Positions 12,713 through 25,342 of a DNA stretch of 64,000 nucleotides are shown one piece after another. The notes under the pieces are model-generated. The model ran no database searches, was not told where the DNA came from, and saw nothing but the letters and a program-made list of their open reading frames with translations. A program made the translations under genes and the position numbers. Origin of the DNA: Eledone cirrhosa. Its lineage: Eukaryota. The DNA lies in the NCBI GenBank assembly GCA_964016885.1, contig OZ024747.1, positions 84,196,001-84,260,000 of the forward strand, in the 5' to 3' direction. The number at the start of each line of letters is the position of its first letter. The stretch's first letter is position 1.

Positions 12713-13249
12713 TCACACACACATATATATATATATACACACACACACACAAACACACATATTCGGTGTGAACAATAGCTACAGGCGGCGCATCTATATT
12801 TTAAACACTAATATTTATATTTTAAAGCAAGTAAAATACAGGTACATTCTTTCCACGTGCTTATGGACATGGAAAATATATTTAATATATATATTTATAA
12901 TACATATATAAACTCTTTCCGCTTCTGTTAAGGGGGATAATTGTTAGATAGTAGATGAGAGCTATTCCCTGTGAGATGTTGGTAAAAATATAATTTTTTG
13001 TTAAAATATAATGAAAATTCAATATGTAGAATTAATGGAGGAGAAGGTGGGTGTTGGAAGAAAAAATAAGGTAAAGAAAGGAAATAGAGAGGAAAAGTAG
13101 ATGAGAAAAGAGATGATAGAGTGAGGAAGATGAAAACTTAATGTGACACAATTTCAAATTTCCGTGAACTTGTGTGGTTTTAACCTGCTGAAATTGATAT
13201 TTCCCAAACCGTAACAAGCGGCTTTAGAATTATCTGTTTTCCAAAAGAT

Positions 13250-13660
13250 CACAAATCTGGTATCAACTAATATTTCATATAGATTTTTAAGAACGCCGTT
13301 CTTTAATTTGTCTAATGTGCAACTGTCGATATATTTTTTTGTTGCTATAGTTAATCCATCGTCTTTATAAATGTCCAAGTTAGTTGTAGTACATTTCTTA
13401 ATAAATACATATTGAACCCGCTAATGATATCCCAGTTGTTATTCCACTGTCGTAAGCCAGTGGCCTTCATAGTGTCATCCTTGATGTTATCTAGAATCTT
13501 CTTAATAACTAGTCATAATTCCAATTTAGCTGACTTAACCTGTATTTGGGGTTAGATGCAACGTTTCCCTTGCGGTCCTAAATCTTAGCTAAATGCTTCG
13601 CATTTAGCTAAGATTTCCAGTCTATTGTCTAGGTTTGGCTATGGTTTTAGCTTTTCTGGA
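13250..13660 (-). pseudogene. Degenerate Penelope-like reverse transcriptase fragment
   Basis: Frameshifted peptides LDNRLEILAKCEAF, KKILDNIKDDTMKATGLRQWNN and DIYKDDGL (YxDD) resemble PLE RT. Confidence 0.7.
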
Positions 13661-13677
13661 ACTTGTTTCAGTGTAAT

Positions 13678-13694
13678 AGATAGATAAGACAGAC

Positions 13695-13754
<60 letters not shown>
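13678..13754. repeat. (GATA)n microsatellite
   Basis: Tetranucleotide run adjoining the Tx1-like tail. Confidence 0.95.
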
Positions 13755-13755
<1 letters not shown>

Positions 13756-13756
13756 T

Positions 13757-14144
13757 ATTTCTTTATTAGCCACAGGGGCACAAAAGAAGGGGACAAATAC
13801 AAAGGGGGAAGTTTACATACAATAAAAACGTGTAAAATATTATCACAAATACAATTTAAAAGTTAATCGATTTTCCCCAATAGGGGGGAGACATTACATA
13901 TAGGTAACACATACCCCCGAAAAAATGTGCAACCTTCATCTCCAGGAGTACGAAGAGTTTGTACTCCTTTCCTCTCCTCCTCTTTTTCCTCAACCTACAG
14001 GCTGATATAGAGAGAAGGCCCATTCACTCGGGCCATTCTCGCCACTTTCACCCACCTTTCATAAAACTTGCTGGGGTACAGCACCTCTCTCTCCATCCTG
14101 ATTCTTCTTCTAAAGTGGTATTTGAAAAAAGAATCAGTTGTTGG
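13757..14144 (-). mobile_element. Tx1/L1-like LINE 3' end, copy A
   Basis: Encodes FFKYHFRRRIRMEREVLYPSKFYERWVKVARMARVNGPSLYISL*, homologous to copy C; 3' UTR ends aataaagaaa then (TCTA)n. Confidence 0.85.
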
Positions 14145-14157
14145 ATAGATAGATAAC

Positions 14158-14288
14158 TTTCTTTTTATTTGCCACCAGGGCATCAAAAAGTGGGACAAGT
14201 ACAATGGGGGGGGGGGGTTACATAAAAAGGCGTCCTCAATAAGGAGGAGGCAATAACAAGATATAAAAAATAAAATATAAAATATATT
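14158..14288 (-). mobile_element. Tx1/L1-like LINE 3' UTR, copy B
   Basis: Near-duplicate of 14304-14425, with GATA units on both sides. Confidence 0.8.
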
Positions 14289-14303
14289 GGATAGACAGAT
14301 ATG

Positions 14304-15325
14304 TTTCTTTTATTTGCCACCAGGGCATCAAAAGTGGGACAAGTACAATGGGGGGAGTTTACAAAACAAGGCGTCCTCAATAAGGAGGAGGCAATAACAA
14401 TATATAAAAATAAAATAAAATATAACAAAAAATAAAATTTATAACAAAGTCCTCAATAGAGAGGAGGCGCCTTGGGGGGTCGCACACACCCCCGAAAAAA
14501 GTGTGCAACCCTTCTCCTCAGGAGCACAGAGAAGGGGTGCTCCCTTGGTCTTTCATCTTCCTCACCTATAGTCTGATGTAGAGTGAAGGCCCATTCACAC
14601 GGGCCATTCTCGCCACTTTCACCCATCTTTCATAGAAACGGCTGGGGTGCAGCACCTCTCTCTCCATCCTGATCCTTCTTCCGAAATGATATCGGAAGAA
14701 ACGGACCAGTTGTTGGCCAGAGAGAAAGGTGTCTGACCTCAGTCCTTTCAGACGCGTCCACCATACAACCTCTTTCGCCATGGCTATTACGCACAGAAAC
14801 ACCGCTTCTCCTTCGTTTTTGAAGAGGGGAGGCGGCTTGATCGTTACAATAGACACGGTGGTCAACCGGATTGGTCCCACCCTTGACAGCAGTTGTTCGA
14901 CATAACCCCACAGATCGGCAATGCCCGAGCAGTGTACCAATGCGTGTGCAACGGTTTCCTCGTCGCACACGCATCTGGGACAGATCTTTTTCGATGGGTC
15001 CCTACCCGGGCGCCCGTGTCTGTAGAGCCTTTCTCGAACGGGCAGAGCCCTTCTGTAGCATTGCCAGGCCAGGGACCTCTGGAAGTTATCCATGGGTCCC
15101 GGGCTGAATGTTCTACCGAACAGGTTGGCCAGTTCGTCTTCCTCCATGCCTAGGGCTTCTCCGAGGGCGTCGTCGCACCTGCTAACCACCAGCCCTCTAT
15201 AGAATGACGAGGTGGATTCTCCACTGACAGCCGGGTCCGCCTGCCAGAGAGCCGTGAGTGCCTGGGCACACTCGGTGTGCCAGGCGCCCAGTTTTCTCGG
15301 TCTTTGCTTGACCCAGGATTGCAGA
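14304..15325 (-). mobile_element. Tx1/L1-like LINE, 5'-truncated copy C with open ORF2 C-terminus
   Basis: Open frame 15325-14566 with LAWQCYRRALPVRERL and CPRC-x7-H-x4-C (zf-RVT/CCHC-type knuckle), typical of L1/Tx1 ORF2. Confidence 0.88.
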
Positions 15326-15977
15326 GATAGATAACCAGTCAGCTTGATAGACAGGCAGGCAGGCAGATAGACAGGCAGACAGATAGATGGACTGACGGAT
15401 GGACAGAATGACGAGAAAGAAAGGTGCATGAAAAGAATGTGAAGTAGCTCCATTGAGAAATCTGTTACAGAATTAGAGACAAGAAATTGTTTAAAATCGC
15501 TGAGAAGTTATGAAAGAGAAATTTATTTTCAGTGAACACAAAATTATCATTTTTCGTAGCGATAAGATCATTTTTCGTTATGTGACTCCTTATCTATTCT
15601 CGTTTGGCAAAGTTATTTGTTTCCATCTTTTTGCTTTGTTTTTTTGTTTTTTTTTTTCTTTTGTTTGTTTGTTTTTTGTTGTTTTTTTTTTGTTTTTAGT
15701 GAAGTGGAGAAGAAAGTATGTTGGAATTGATGATGAGAGTGAAGTTATCTCACTGGGACAAAACAACCTAGACATCACATATATATATAATATATATAAT
15801 GTATATATATATAATGTATATATATATAATGTGTATGTGTGTATATATATATATATATATATGTTTCGATATATATGTATATTAATATATATTTTTATTA
15901 AATAATATATACATAAATAATATTACAAATTGCCCACAATTCTTTCAGAATAACATTATATATCCAATGCATAGATA

Positions 15978-16019
<42 letters not shown>

Positions 16020-16043
16020 CTGGGATTAGTAAAGGATATTTTA

Positions 16044-16213
16044 ATAATAATTATTATTTCTACTTTTGGCACAAGGCCAGCAATTATACCAGTGTATTAC
16101 TGGTACTTTATTTTATCGACCCCGTAAGGGATTTGAACTCAGACCATAAAGGGTCGTAACTCTTTGCTGCAAAGCATGGCGTCCGACCCTCTACTGATAC
16201 TGCTAATCCACCT
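16044..16213 (-). mobile_element. SINE A (internally deleted)
   Basis: Tail, centre and head present. Confidence 0.85.
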
Positions 16214-16676
16214 ATTTTAATAATAATAAGATATATATATATATATAAAGAAAAAGAGATGAAATCGAAAATGCAACTGGAGTCTTATTTTTTTTTTTAA
16301 ATATATATATTTATTTGGTTCCTTTACCGGTTTCGCAGTTCTTCTGCTTTTCAAAAGGTGAGTTGAGATGGAGGGTCTGTGGTTTTTCTCACATCTCAGA
16401 TGAGCGGTGCAATGATGTGTCACGACAAAATTCTACTATAAACGTGAAAAATACAAATTGAAATTTATAATAATGTTCAAATGTAACTGTCAAATTGGAA
16501 CAAATTAACTAAGAATGAAAACATTGCGAACATTTATTGACTAAAGAAGGAAATATAAACGATCTTTCTGTCTTTGTAATTATCTACATTTCTACTGTAT
16601 GTATACTTTTTTTGAATAACATTTTGAATTTATCTATATGCCAAAATATTTTGACATGTTCTAAAGTAGTAAAAAA

Positions 16677-16972
16677 AGGTAAAGTGCCCATAACTCCTGA
16701 TCGAGACACTGTCTTAATACACGGTGTCTCAGCATTTCAAACGTGGTAGAGCCCATTCCTCTCCAGGTAGGAATACAGCCGATGTCTTCCAGACAAAGAG
16801 AGATAGAGAAAGAATTGATGCCAGTACTGGGTTGGTATTTCATTTATCAACCTCGAAATGATGAAAGACAAAGCTGACCTCGGTGGGATTTGAAGGGGCA
16901 GAGCACAGTAAGCTGGAACAGATAACGAGGCATTTTTAATCCGACGCCCTAAAGATTCTGCCAATTCGCCGC
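16677..16972 (-). mobile_element. SINE variant B (A-type head and centre, different tail)
   Basis: Head and centre as family A, then a (CT)-rich linker and a tail ending gggcactttacct. Confidence 0.75.
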
Positions 16973-17721
16973 TTTGATCTGAAGTGAGCCGTGAGTAAAA
17001 AATTTTACGAAAAATGTGAGAATAAATCGTTAGATTTACTTCGTCCTTCTCTACAGTTTCTTTCCTTCTACAGCCGCAACCAAAACCAGTCAGAGAAAAT
17101 GAATGACTTGCCCATTCTCTCTATCTGACTAGGAATTCTTTTAAACAGAAAGTTATCTGAATATTCCTGACTATGGTGATTGCTACATATTTTCATTTAC
17201 CAAAGTCAGAACAGACTATAAATCAAAATATTCTACAGACAGTTCTGTATTTTGCGAACCCCTATAATGTGAACACAATAAATTGTTTTTTTGTTGTTGT
17301 TGTTTTTTGGTTTTTGGTTGTTTTTTTTACTGAATAATGAAGGAAAAAGCAGTTATTTTATTTAACTTCTCCTGAGACGATAACTCAACAGAAATTATAC
17401 CTACCGCATTCCCCCAAATGAAAACCATTATTATCACAACGTTCGTTCTACCTCGTGGGATTCAGCCCTACCAGCCACGTTTGCACTTTGGTTACTTTGG
17501 AAAATTCTCGGAGCACATAACCAGCTCTTAAGTGAGGACACTCATTACACCATCACAATAATATTCAATATGTACATCTTATCGGGGTGACGCTAAAGCT
17601 ATCCCCATGAGTATCTTTTAGTTATATGTATCTATGTTTCCATCCCAACTGGGAATTGTGCATACCTCGAGCAAGTAGTCGAAACTGCATCCAATTGGAC
17701 ACAATTTTATTTAGACTGTTT

Positions 17722-17857
17722 CAGGTAAAGTGCCCTTAGCTTCCGATGTTGGCGTAAGGGTGCCGTCCTGATACACGGTGTGTCTTGGACATTTTAAACC
17801 TGGCGGAGCCTATCTCTCTAGGTCGAAAACCAGTCAATTTCCTCGAGAAGAAGAGCG

Positions 17858-17890
<33 letters not shown>

Positions 17891-18031
17891 AAGCGGTAGA
17901 ACCGACCCCAGTACTGGACTGTTACTTTATTTATCGACCTCCAGAATATGAAAAACAAAGTTAGCCTTGGCGTGACTTGAACTCAGAGCCGGAACAAATA
18001 TCGCTAAGGACTCTACTAATTCACCGTCCCT
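17722..18031 (-). mobile_element. SINE variant B
   Basis: Same layout as 16677-16972. Confidence 0.75.
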
Positions 18032-18834
18032 TAAACTATTTACATTAAGTTAAATATGAAATAGTTACTTAAAGCAGTTATCAGGTTTTCGTATTATACT
18101 GCATTAATATAAATTAATATAAACTGAATTCTATGTTCATTATATAATAAAGAGCATAATTCTCGGATAAATATGTCTTTCAAAGACCCAGATTATGAGT
18201 TAAATTAATTTTTCTTCTAACTGAAGCATCATCAATTCAGATATAACTCAATTTCTACATTTTAAACACAGAAACCCACGAAAAAAATTAACTTAATAAT
18301 TTCCGTTGTTTATCTTTTGTTTATATCCCATATATTATCTGGTTTTAATATCTATTTACTTATTTACTATTTACTACCTAAGTACGTCGAAATATTAGTA
18401 CAAAATCATGACTATTTTACTAAATAAATTAAAGTTATAATATACTATAGGAAAAATCTAAAATTCTAGCGAACGCTGTATGTGTAAATTTAAATTAATT
18501 ATACACAATGTAATTATACACAATGTACAACCGTCTTATATAGTCTCTGTGAACAGAAAAAGAGATCAGCTGATCCGGTTTTAATTCTATATTATGAGCA
18601 GCTTATCGGCGACAAATGAGCTCCCACCCATAACAGTCTACAGAGACATTGTATATTTATTTTGAATCACACTATAACATCAAAACCCAAAACTTCTTAA
18701 CGCGTCAGTAATTTACTGAATTAAAGAGCATATCTTACTTATAATACTTCTGATAACATGTACAGTTTTAGAAAACAAATTTTATTGCTAGCAAAGTCTC
18801 AGCAATAGTTACTTTGTATTTTATTTGTATTGTA

Positions 18835-19052
18835 TGTATGGTCCCGTAACTCTTGGAGAAGTCATGGGACTCCATAGTGACATACGGCGTTTCTTGAGCT
18901 TTTTTTTTAACCCTGACGGAACTTATCTCCTCTCCAGGTCTGAATACAGCAGATTTCGTCCGGAGAAACAGAGAGAGTGATAGAAAGGAAATGAGAAAAG
19001 ATAGAGAGGAAGAATCGACCCCAGTACTAGACTGGTACTTGTTTTATCGACC
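18835..19052 (-). mobile_element. SINE variant B, truncated
   Basis: Tail and centre homologous to 16677-16972. Confidence 0.65.
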
Positions 19053-19337
19053 GTGTTTTGAAGAGTTGGTTGAAAGACTTTCGTTGTTGTCTTTGTCACG
19101 GTCCCCAGTTTTTTTGTTTTGTTTTTTTATGGGGGGGGGGGGGGGGTCGCACGTTTCTGTACTGTCCTGTTTATGTTTTGTCCTATTTACCACTCCTCTA
19201 ATTACACTTGATTTATAAATATATATATATAGTAAGGGGTTAACCGAACATCGATGTGCAGACCACATAACGGTCTGTCGAGAGTGAAGTAGATAAACGA
19301 AAGCGCTCAACAACCTGTATAAAGGTGCAAGCCGGAC

Positions 19338-19384
<47 letters not shown>

Positions 19385-19553
19385 ATATAAAAAAAGGCTT
19401 CTACAGGATTAGAACTGTTGGTTCGTAACCGATATTGGTTTTAATAACCGATTCAACTGCTTTATGCACTTAATTGATAAGCTTATTCGCTTTCAAACCA
19501 CGTTTACATGTATGTAACTTTTCATAGCAAATAAACAAACCCGAGCAAAACTG

Positions 19554-19615
<62 letters not shown>

Positions 19616-19616
<1 letters not shown>

Positions 19617-19751
19617 GGCTTCCCCACAGTTTCTGTCTAACCTATTTCACTGTCAAAGCATTAGTCAACCTAATACTACATATAATGGAAGATACTTGTC
19701 CAAGGTGCCATAAAATTGAACTGCACTCGAAACTGCTGAACAACACAGCCA
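19616..19751 (-). mobile_element. Degenerate CORE-type SINE
   Basis: Minus-strand ggcaccttggacaagtatcttc resembles the CORE domain; head remnant ggctgtgttg. Confidence 0.6.
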
Positions 19752-19974
19752 AGCAGACCTGTGTGGTTAAGGAGTTATTTAAAGAATTCTTTTCTGGCTC
19801 CCAATTCATATAGATTTGTTAACATTAACAAGACGCAAATTTGGCAACCATGTAGATGTTAGCTGAGGAAAATGTTCTCAACTCTAGTGTCGAATTTTAT
19901 CCTCGGCTCCAAGAAATTAAGAAATGATTCATATTTTATATACTTCTCAGGGATTCTGTTATAGTTGGTGCTTT

Positions 19975-20030
<56 letters not shown>

Positions 20031-20390
20031 GTACATACATGTGTGTGTGTGAGTGTGTCTATGTGTGTACTGATATCTATATATATATATATACATACAT
20101 GAGTGTGTTTATGTGTGTACTGATATATAATCATATATATATGTGTATGTTTATGCTGTATGTTTGTCTATGTGCAAAACGGAAAATAGAGCTGCATTAT
20201 CAGAGATCAGATTTTGGTGAGAAAATATAGGTGTTCACGCACACACGCACACACGCACACACGTATACATGTGTGTTTTTGTGTATATAATATATACTGT
20301 ATCTCAATGTATATATGTATATATATATACATACACATACATATAAATATATACATACATATGCATGCCCATAAATATACACGCACACAC

Positions 20391-20421
<31 letters not shown>

Positions 20422-21080
20422 CGCTCTATATTAATATAAATATATGTGTACATTATACACATAAATATATATAAATATATATGCATACTCCCTCTACACG
20501 TATACATATGTATGTATATATAGATACACTATATATTAATATAAATATATGTGTACATTACACACATAAATATATATAAATACATATATATGCACATACA
20601 TACACACATATATGTATATAATGTATGTAACGTTTAAAGTTTATCTTTATGGTTTTTGACGTTTTGTAATCCCAGCCATATCAAAACTATGCCGAGGTTT
20701 CCTTTAAGTTTAATTGTTATCATACTAAGATAGAATCAACTTGTTTTGTGTCACGGCCGAGTAGAACCTTTTCCACTCCATTGATGGAGCACGTTCTTTT
20801 ATCCAGTAGATAAATAATAAAAATGTTTGCTCTTGTGTTTGTTTTTAGTTTGTTTGTTGTAGTTTTTTTTTTTTTTTAGCTTTTTGTTTTTGTTTTTTCT
20901 TGTTGTTTTATAAACCGCCACAGTGCAGATAAACTATAAATAGATAATCGAGTAAATTGAGTAAAATACCACTTCGAACCGGAAAATGAGGGCATGTGGT
21001 CAGGCGGTTCTGTCCACTTTTTCGCCCCTCACCAAGCCTATTTTATACGACTTATTCCGTCTATTATTAACAGTTTGAAA

Positions 21081-21300
21081 AGGGCGGTGGATTGGCAGTA
21101 TCGGTAGAGGGTCGGACGCCATGCTTTGCAGCATGGAGTTACGGCCATTTACGGTCTGAGTTCAAATCCCGCCGTGGTTAACTTTGCCTTTCATCCTTAC
21201 GGGGTCGATAAAATAAAGCAACAGTAACGTACTGGGGTCGATTTAATCGACTCCCCCCCCCCCCATTACTGGCCTTGTGCCTATACTAGAAATCATTATT
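21081..21300 (+). mobile_element. SINE A, full length
   Basis: Complete head, centre, poly-C and tail; ~20 bp flanking direct repeat. Confidence 0.93.
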
Positions 21301-21484
21301 AACGCTTTAAAAGAAAATGTTTAGATTTCCCCAATGCTTCGAAAATGAACCAATGTAGATAAATACTAAAGAAATAGATTAAATAAAAACACATATTTTC
21401 TCAAATAGCGTGAAGAAAAAGGAAAGAAAAAGTAGCAAAAATAACGAAAGAAACAAAACTTATGAAAAACAATTTCTACACACA

Positions 21485-21686
21485 TCTATAATATTATAAA
21501 GCTGAGCGTCGTATGTATGTATTATGTATGTATGTATGTATCCTACACACCTCCCTATAGTTTCTTACCTTTACTCTTTCCGTCGCTCTTCCCTCTCTCT
21601 ATAATAGATCATTCCCCCTCTCAATAATTTAACTGCTTTACTCTCTCTGTCGCTCTTCACTCTCAAATATTATAAAGCTGGGCGCC

Positions 21687-21747
<61 letters not shown>

Positions 21748-22696
21748 ACCCTCTCTATAATTTAACTGCTTTACTCTCTGTCTCTCTTCATTCTCTATAT
21801 AACAACACTCTTTTACTTTCCGGAGCGTCGTATGTATGTTTATTTCAAAAGGATAACCTCCTTCAAATTCGGTCAACACGCAAGCAGGTAATACATACAT
21901 CAAAAGGCAGCCCTCTTAGAGAGACAGAGAGTGAAAGAGACAGATTAGGAAAACTACACACACACACATCTAAAGAGAGAGAAAGGAGAGGGGAGAGAGA
22001 GAGAGACAGGGAAAGAGAAACAGAGGGACGAGCAAGAAGGTAATACATACATCTAAAATCATTTGGATACAAATATTATAATATAATGGCTGCAGAACGA
22101 AAATACAGACAAATACAGTATGTATTCCACACACTTTTTCTGTCGTCGCTCGCATAAGTAACACACACACACACACACACACAAATACACATACTTTCAC
22201 ACCTGATTTCGCCAATTGCCGGATAACATCAAACCAAAACACACAGACACACACATACACATACACACATACACAAACACAAACACACACACACACACAT
22301 ATCTATACTTTATATGTATGTATGTAAGATAATTCCCCCTCTCTATAATTTAACTGCTTTACTCTCTCTGTCGCTCTTCACTCTCTATATGACAACACTG
22401 TTTTAGTTTCCATATCTCCCTTCAATATATACACATAGAGAGAGAGAAAGAAAGAGAAAGAGAAAGAGAGAGATTTAGAGAAAGATTAGGAAAACTACAC
22501 ACACACATCTACAGAGAGAGAGATAGAAAAACAGAGGGAGGGGAATACAGAGAGAAATACAATTAAAGTGTTAGTTATTCAGAGAGAGAGAGAGAGTCGG
22601 AAGGACAATGTGACACGGGAGGGTGTGTGGTATCTTTGCAGTGGAGTGGTGGGGGCAGGTATACCTAGCCGAGCGCCAGCCGAACGGGCCAGCTAG
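21485..22696 (+). mobile_element. Non-autonomous Helitron (Lep1-like termini)
   Basis: 5' TCTATAATATTATAAAGCTGAG followed by (GTAT)n; 3' GC-rich subterminal segment then CTAG; inserted between A (21484) and T (22697) without TSD. Confidence 0.8.
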
Positions 22697-22872
22697 TATA
22701 ATATATAGGGAGATAACAGTCATGGTTTTTGCAAAAGATATCTTTAACTCGTAGGTAACTCTGTAAATCTCAATCCGCCAGTTTTAACCCACTTGTGTAT
22801 GTATTTTACTGTTTATGTACTACTACTACTTCTACTACTACTACTGCTACTACTATTACTACTGCTACTACT

Positions 22873-23790
22873 AATAATTGTTTCTATTTTAGGCACAAGG
22901 CCAGCAATTACCCAGTACATTACTGTTACTTTATTTTATCGACCCCGTAAGGATGAAAGGCAAAGTTAACCTCGGCGGAATTTGAACTTAGATCATAAAG
23001 GGACGTAACTCTATGCTTCAAAGCATGGTGTCCGACCCTCTACCGATACTGCCAATCCACCGCCCTTTTTAAACCGTTAATAATGGTTTCTTATATAGGA
23101 AACAAGGCCAGCAATTTTTGGAGGGAAGTGGAAAGTCGATTAAATCGATTCCAGTGTGTGACTGGTACTTTATTTCATCGACCCCGTAAGGATGAAAGGC
23201 AAAGTTAGCCTCGGCGGGATTTGAACTCAGATCATAAAGGGTTGTAACTCTATGCCGCTAAACATGTTGTCCGACGCTCTACCAATTCTGCCAATCCGCT
23301 GAATAATAATAATAATAATAATAATATGCCACAAGGGAGCCTAATGAGGGGACATGACAAAGACAAGTTACATAAAGTGTGGGAGTTTACAGATGAGAAG
23401 AAAAAAACTTATAATTGTTTCTACTTTTGGCACAAGGTCAGCAATTATCTCAGTGTATTACTGGTACTTTATTTTATCAACCCCGTAAAGATGAAAGGCA
23501 AAGTTAACCTCGGCGGGATTTGCGTCAAAGCATGGTGTCCGACCCCTTACTGATACTGCCAATCCAACGTCCCAAGTTACATAAAGTGTGGCAGTTTATA
23601 TAGTCAGATGAGGAAAGAAAACTGATAATAATGATTTCTACTTTACACACAAGGTAAGTATTTTAGGGGGAAGGGGAAAGCCCATGAAATTGACTCCAAT
23701 ACTTCACGAGAACTTTATTTATCGATCTGGAAGGATGAAAGTCAAAGTTGACCTCGGCGGGATTTGAACTCAGAATGTAAAGGGCCGCAA
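22873..23790 (-). mobile_element. Cluster of four same-orientation SINE A copies
   Basis: Copies at ~22873-23066, 23080-23300, 23411-23572 and 23626-23790. Confidence 0.9.
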
Positions 23791-24269
23791 AAGGCTGACA
23801 TGAAGAAAACATATTTATTGACCTGAGGTCGTTCAGCGGGTGGCCCGGTTTTCAAGAAGACCCTATGTCTCGTCTGTTTACACGGCCGCCTATTCTGAAT
23901 AAAGCCATGTTTCCTGCAGAGGAGGAAAAGATCCGTTTTTCTGACTAGTTGTGGGTGCCTCGGTGGCTGTCTGTAGAAATTCTTTTAGAACTCTCACAAA
24001 TTTCTGTTTCCATTAAGGTATATCATTTTTAGTTTTGTGTAAGTGTCTTGTGTAATTTCTGTGATGTCAAAGTGAGTTTTGTGGTGACGTAGTTATTTTG
24101 TGCGATGTTTGTGTCTAGCAAACCAAGTTACCGTGTAGAACCACACCACTCGTTGACTCTGTTATCGGACACAGTGTATCGAGAAGTACATTACTACATG
24201 TCTTCCTATTCTTTTTATAGTATGGTTTAAGGGTAGGAGGCGAATTACCAAAGTCATTAGAACGTTCTC

Positions 24270-24361
24270 TGACCTCTCTAGATTCAAATGCCGCCGAGGT
24301 CAGCTTTGCCATTCATCCTTTCGAGGTCGATAAAAATTGTACCAGTCAAGTACTGGGGTTG

Positions 24362-24400
<39 letters not shown>

Positions 24401-24485
24401 CTAGAAAAAATCGGTTGGTTCATTGGTTCAGACTTGGAGAGAGATGGGTTCTGCCAGGTATAAAATGCCAAAGAAACGTCATACA
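24270..24485 (+). mobile_element. SINE variant B with internal (CT)n
   Basis: B box, centre, (CT)n, then tail cttggagagagatgggttctgccagg matching variant B. Confidence 0.65.
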
Positions 24486-24922
24486 TATATGGTTTGAGGA
24501 AAATCTGGCTGCTATTTCAAGCAGCTGGAGCGATCACGTAGCAGCAGTCCCCTTGTTGACTTGTAAAATAGATATAGATATGAGAGAAAAGATAAAAATG
24601 AAGGAAATATTTTTGGAAGAGAAATTCCGACGGGTATCTCCATCTGTATGAGTAATGTGGCGTCATATGAAAAGGCAGGTTACTGTGTAGAGAATGCCAT
24701 AAGTTGATGGATTAAGCACAACAGAAAATAAAATATACTCTTGTTTTGCTGCAGAGCCATACTGTATCGGGACGATGATGGATCTTCGTCGATCGACTAC
24801 AAGCATTCAGTTGTTTGATCATCTGAACGTCCAATTCATAAATGAATGTATAAGTGGTTGAGTATTCCAAACACATGTATCCTTAATTAAATTAATTCCC
24901 AGGTCGAATCAGTGTAAAATTA

Positions 24923-25028
24923 TTGATTTCTAAGGCCAGCACAACGCCAACAAGTTTGGGGGAGGGGAAAACGCCAGTACTTGATTGGAACTTTATTTTA
25001 TCGACCTCGACGGGATGAAAGGCAAAGT
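24923..25028 (-). mobile_element. SINE A fragment
   Basis: Tail and centre. Confidence 0.7.
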
Positions 25029-25229
25029 CTGTCACATGATAATGTAAGGTTTATTATAGACAGCTTTAACCCTTTCGTTACTATATTTCTATTTTTTTTA
25101 AACCCTATCTATAATTTTCAAAATAATCAAAAGTTTGGTAAGATTTGGCAATATTATTTTCCATTATTAATCTGGTGTTTAGAACAACTTAAAGGTTCTT
25201 GCATAAAATTATGATGGAAGGTTTTTTTT

Positions 25230-25342
25230 CTGAGTTCAAATCCCGCCGAGGTTAGCTTTGCCTTTCCTCCTTACATGGTCGATAAAATAAAGTACCAGTC
25301 ACCCAAAATTGTTTACCTTGTGCTTAAAGCAGAAACCATTAT
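25230..25342 (+). mobile_element. 5'-truncated SINE A flanked by a ~68 bp direct repeat
   Basis: 25161-25229 is repeated at 25336-25405. Confidence 0.85.
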
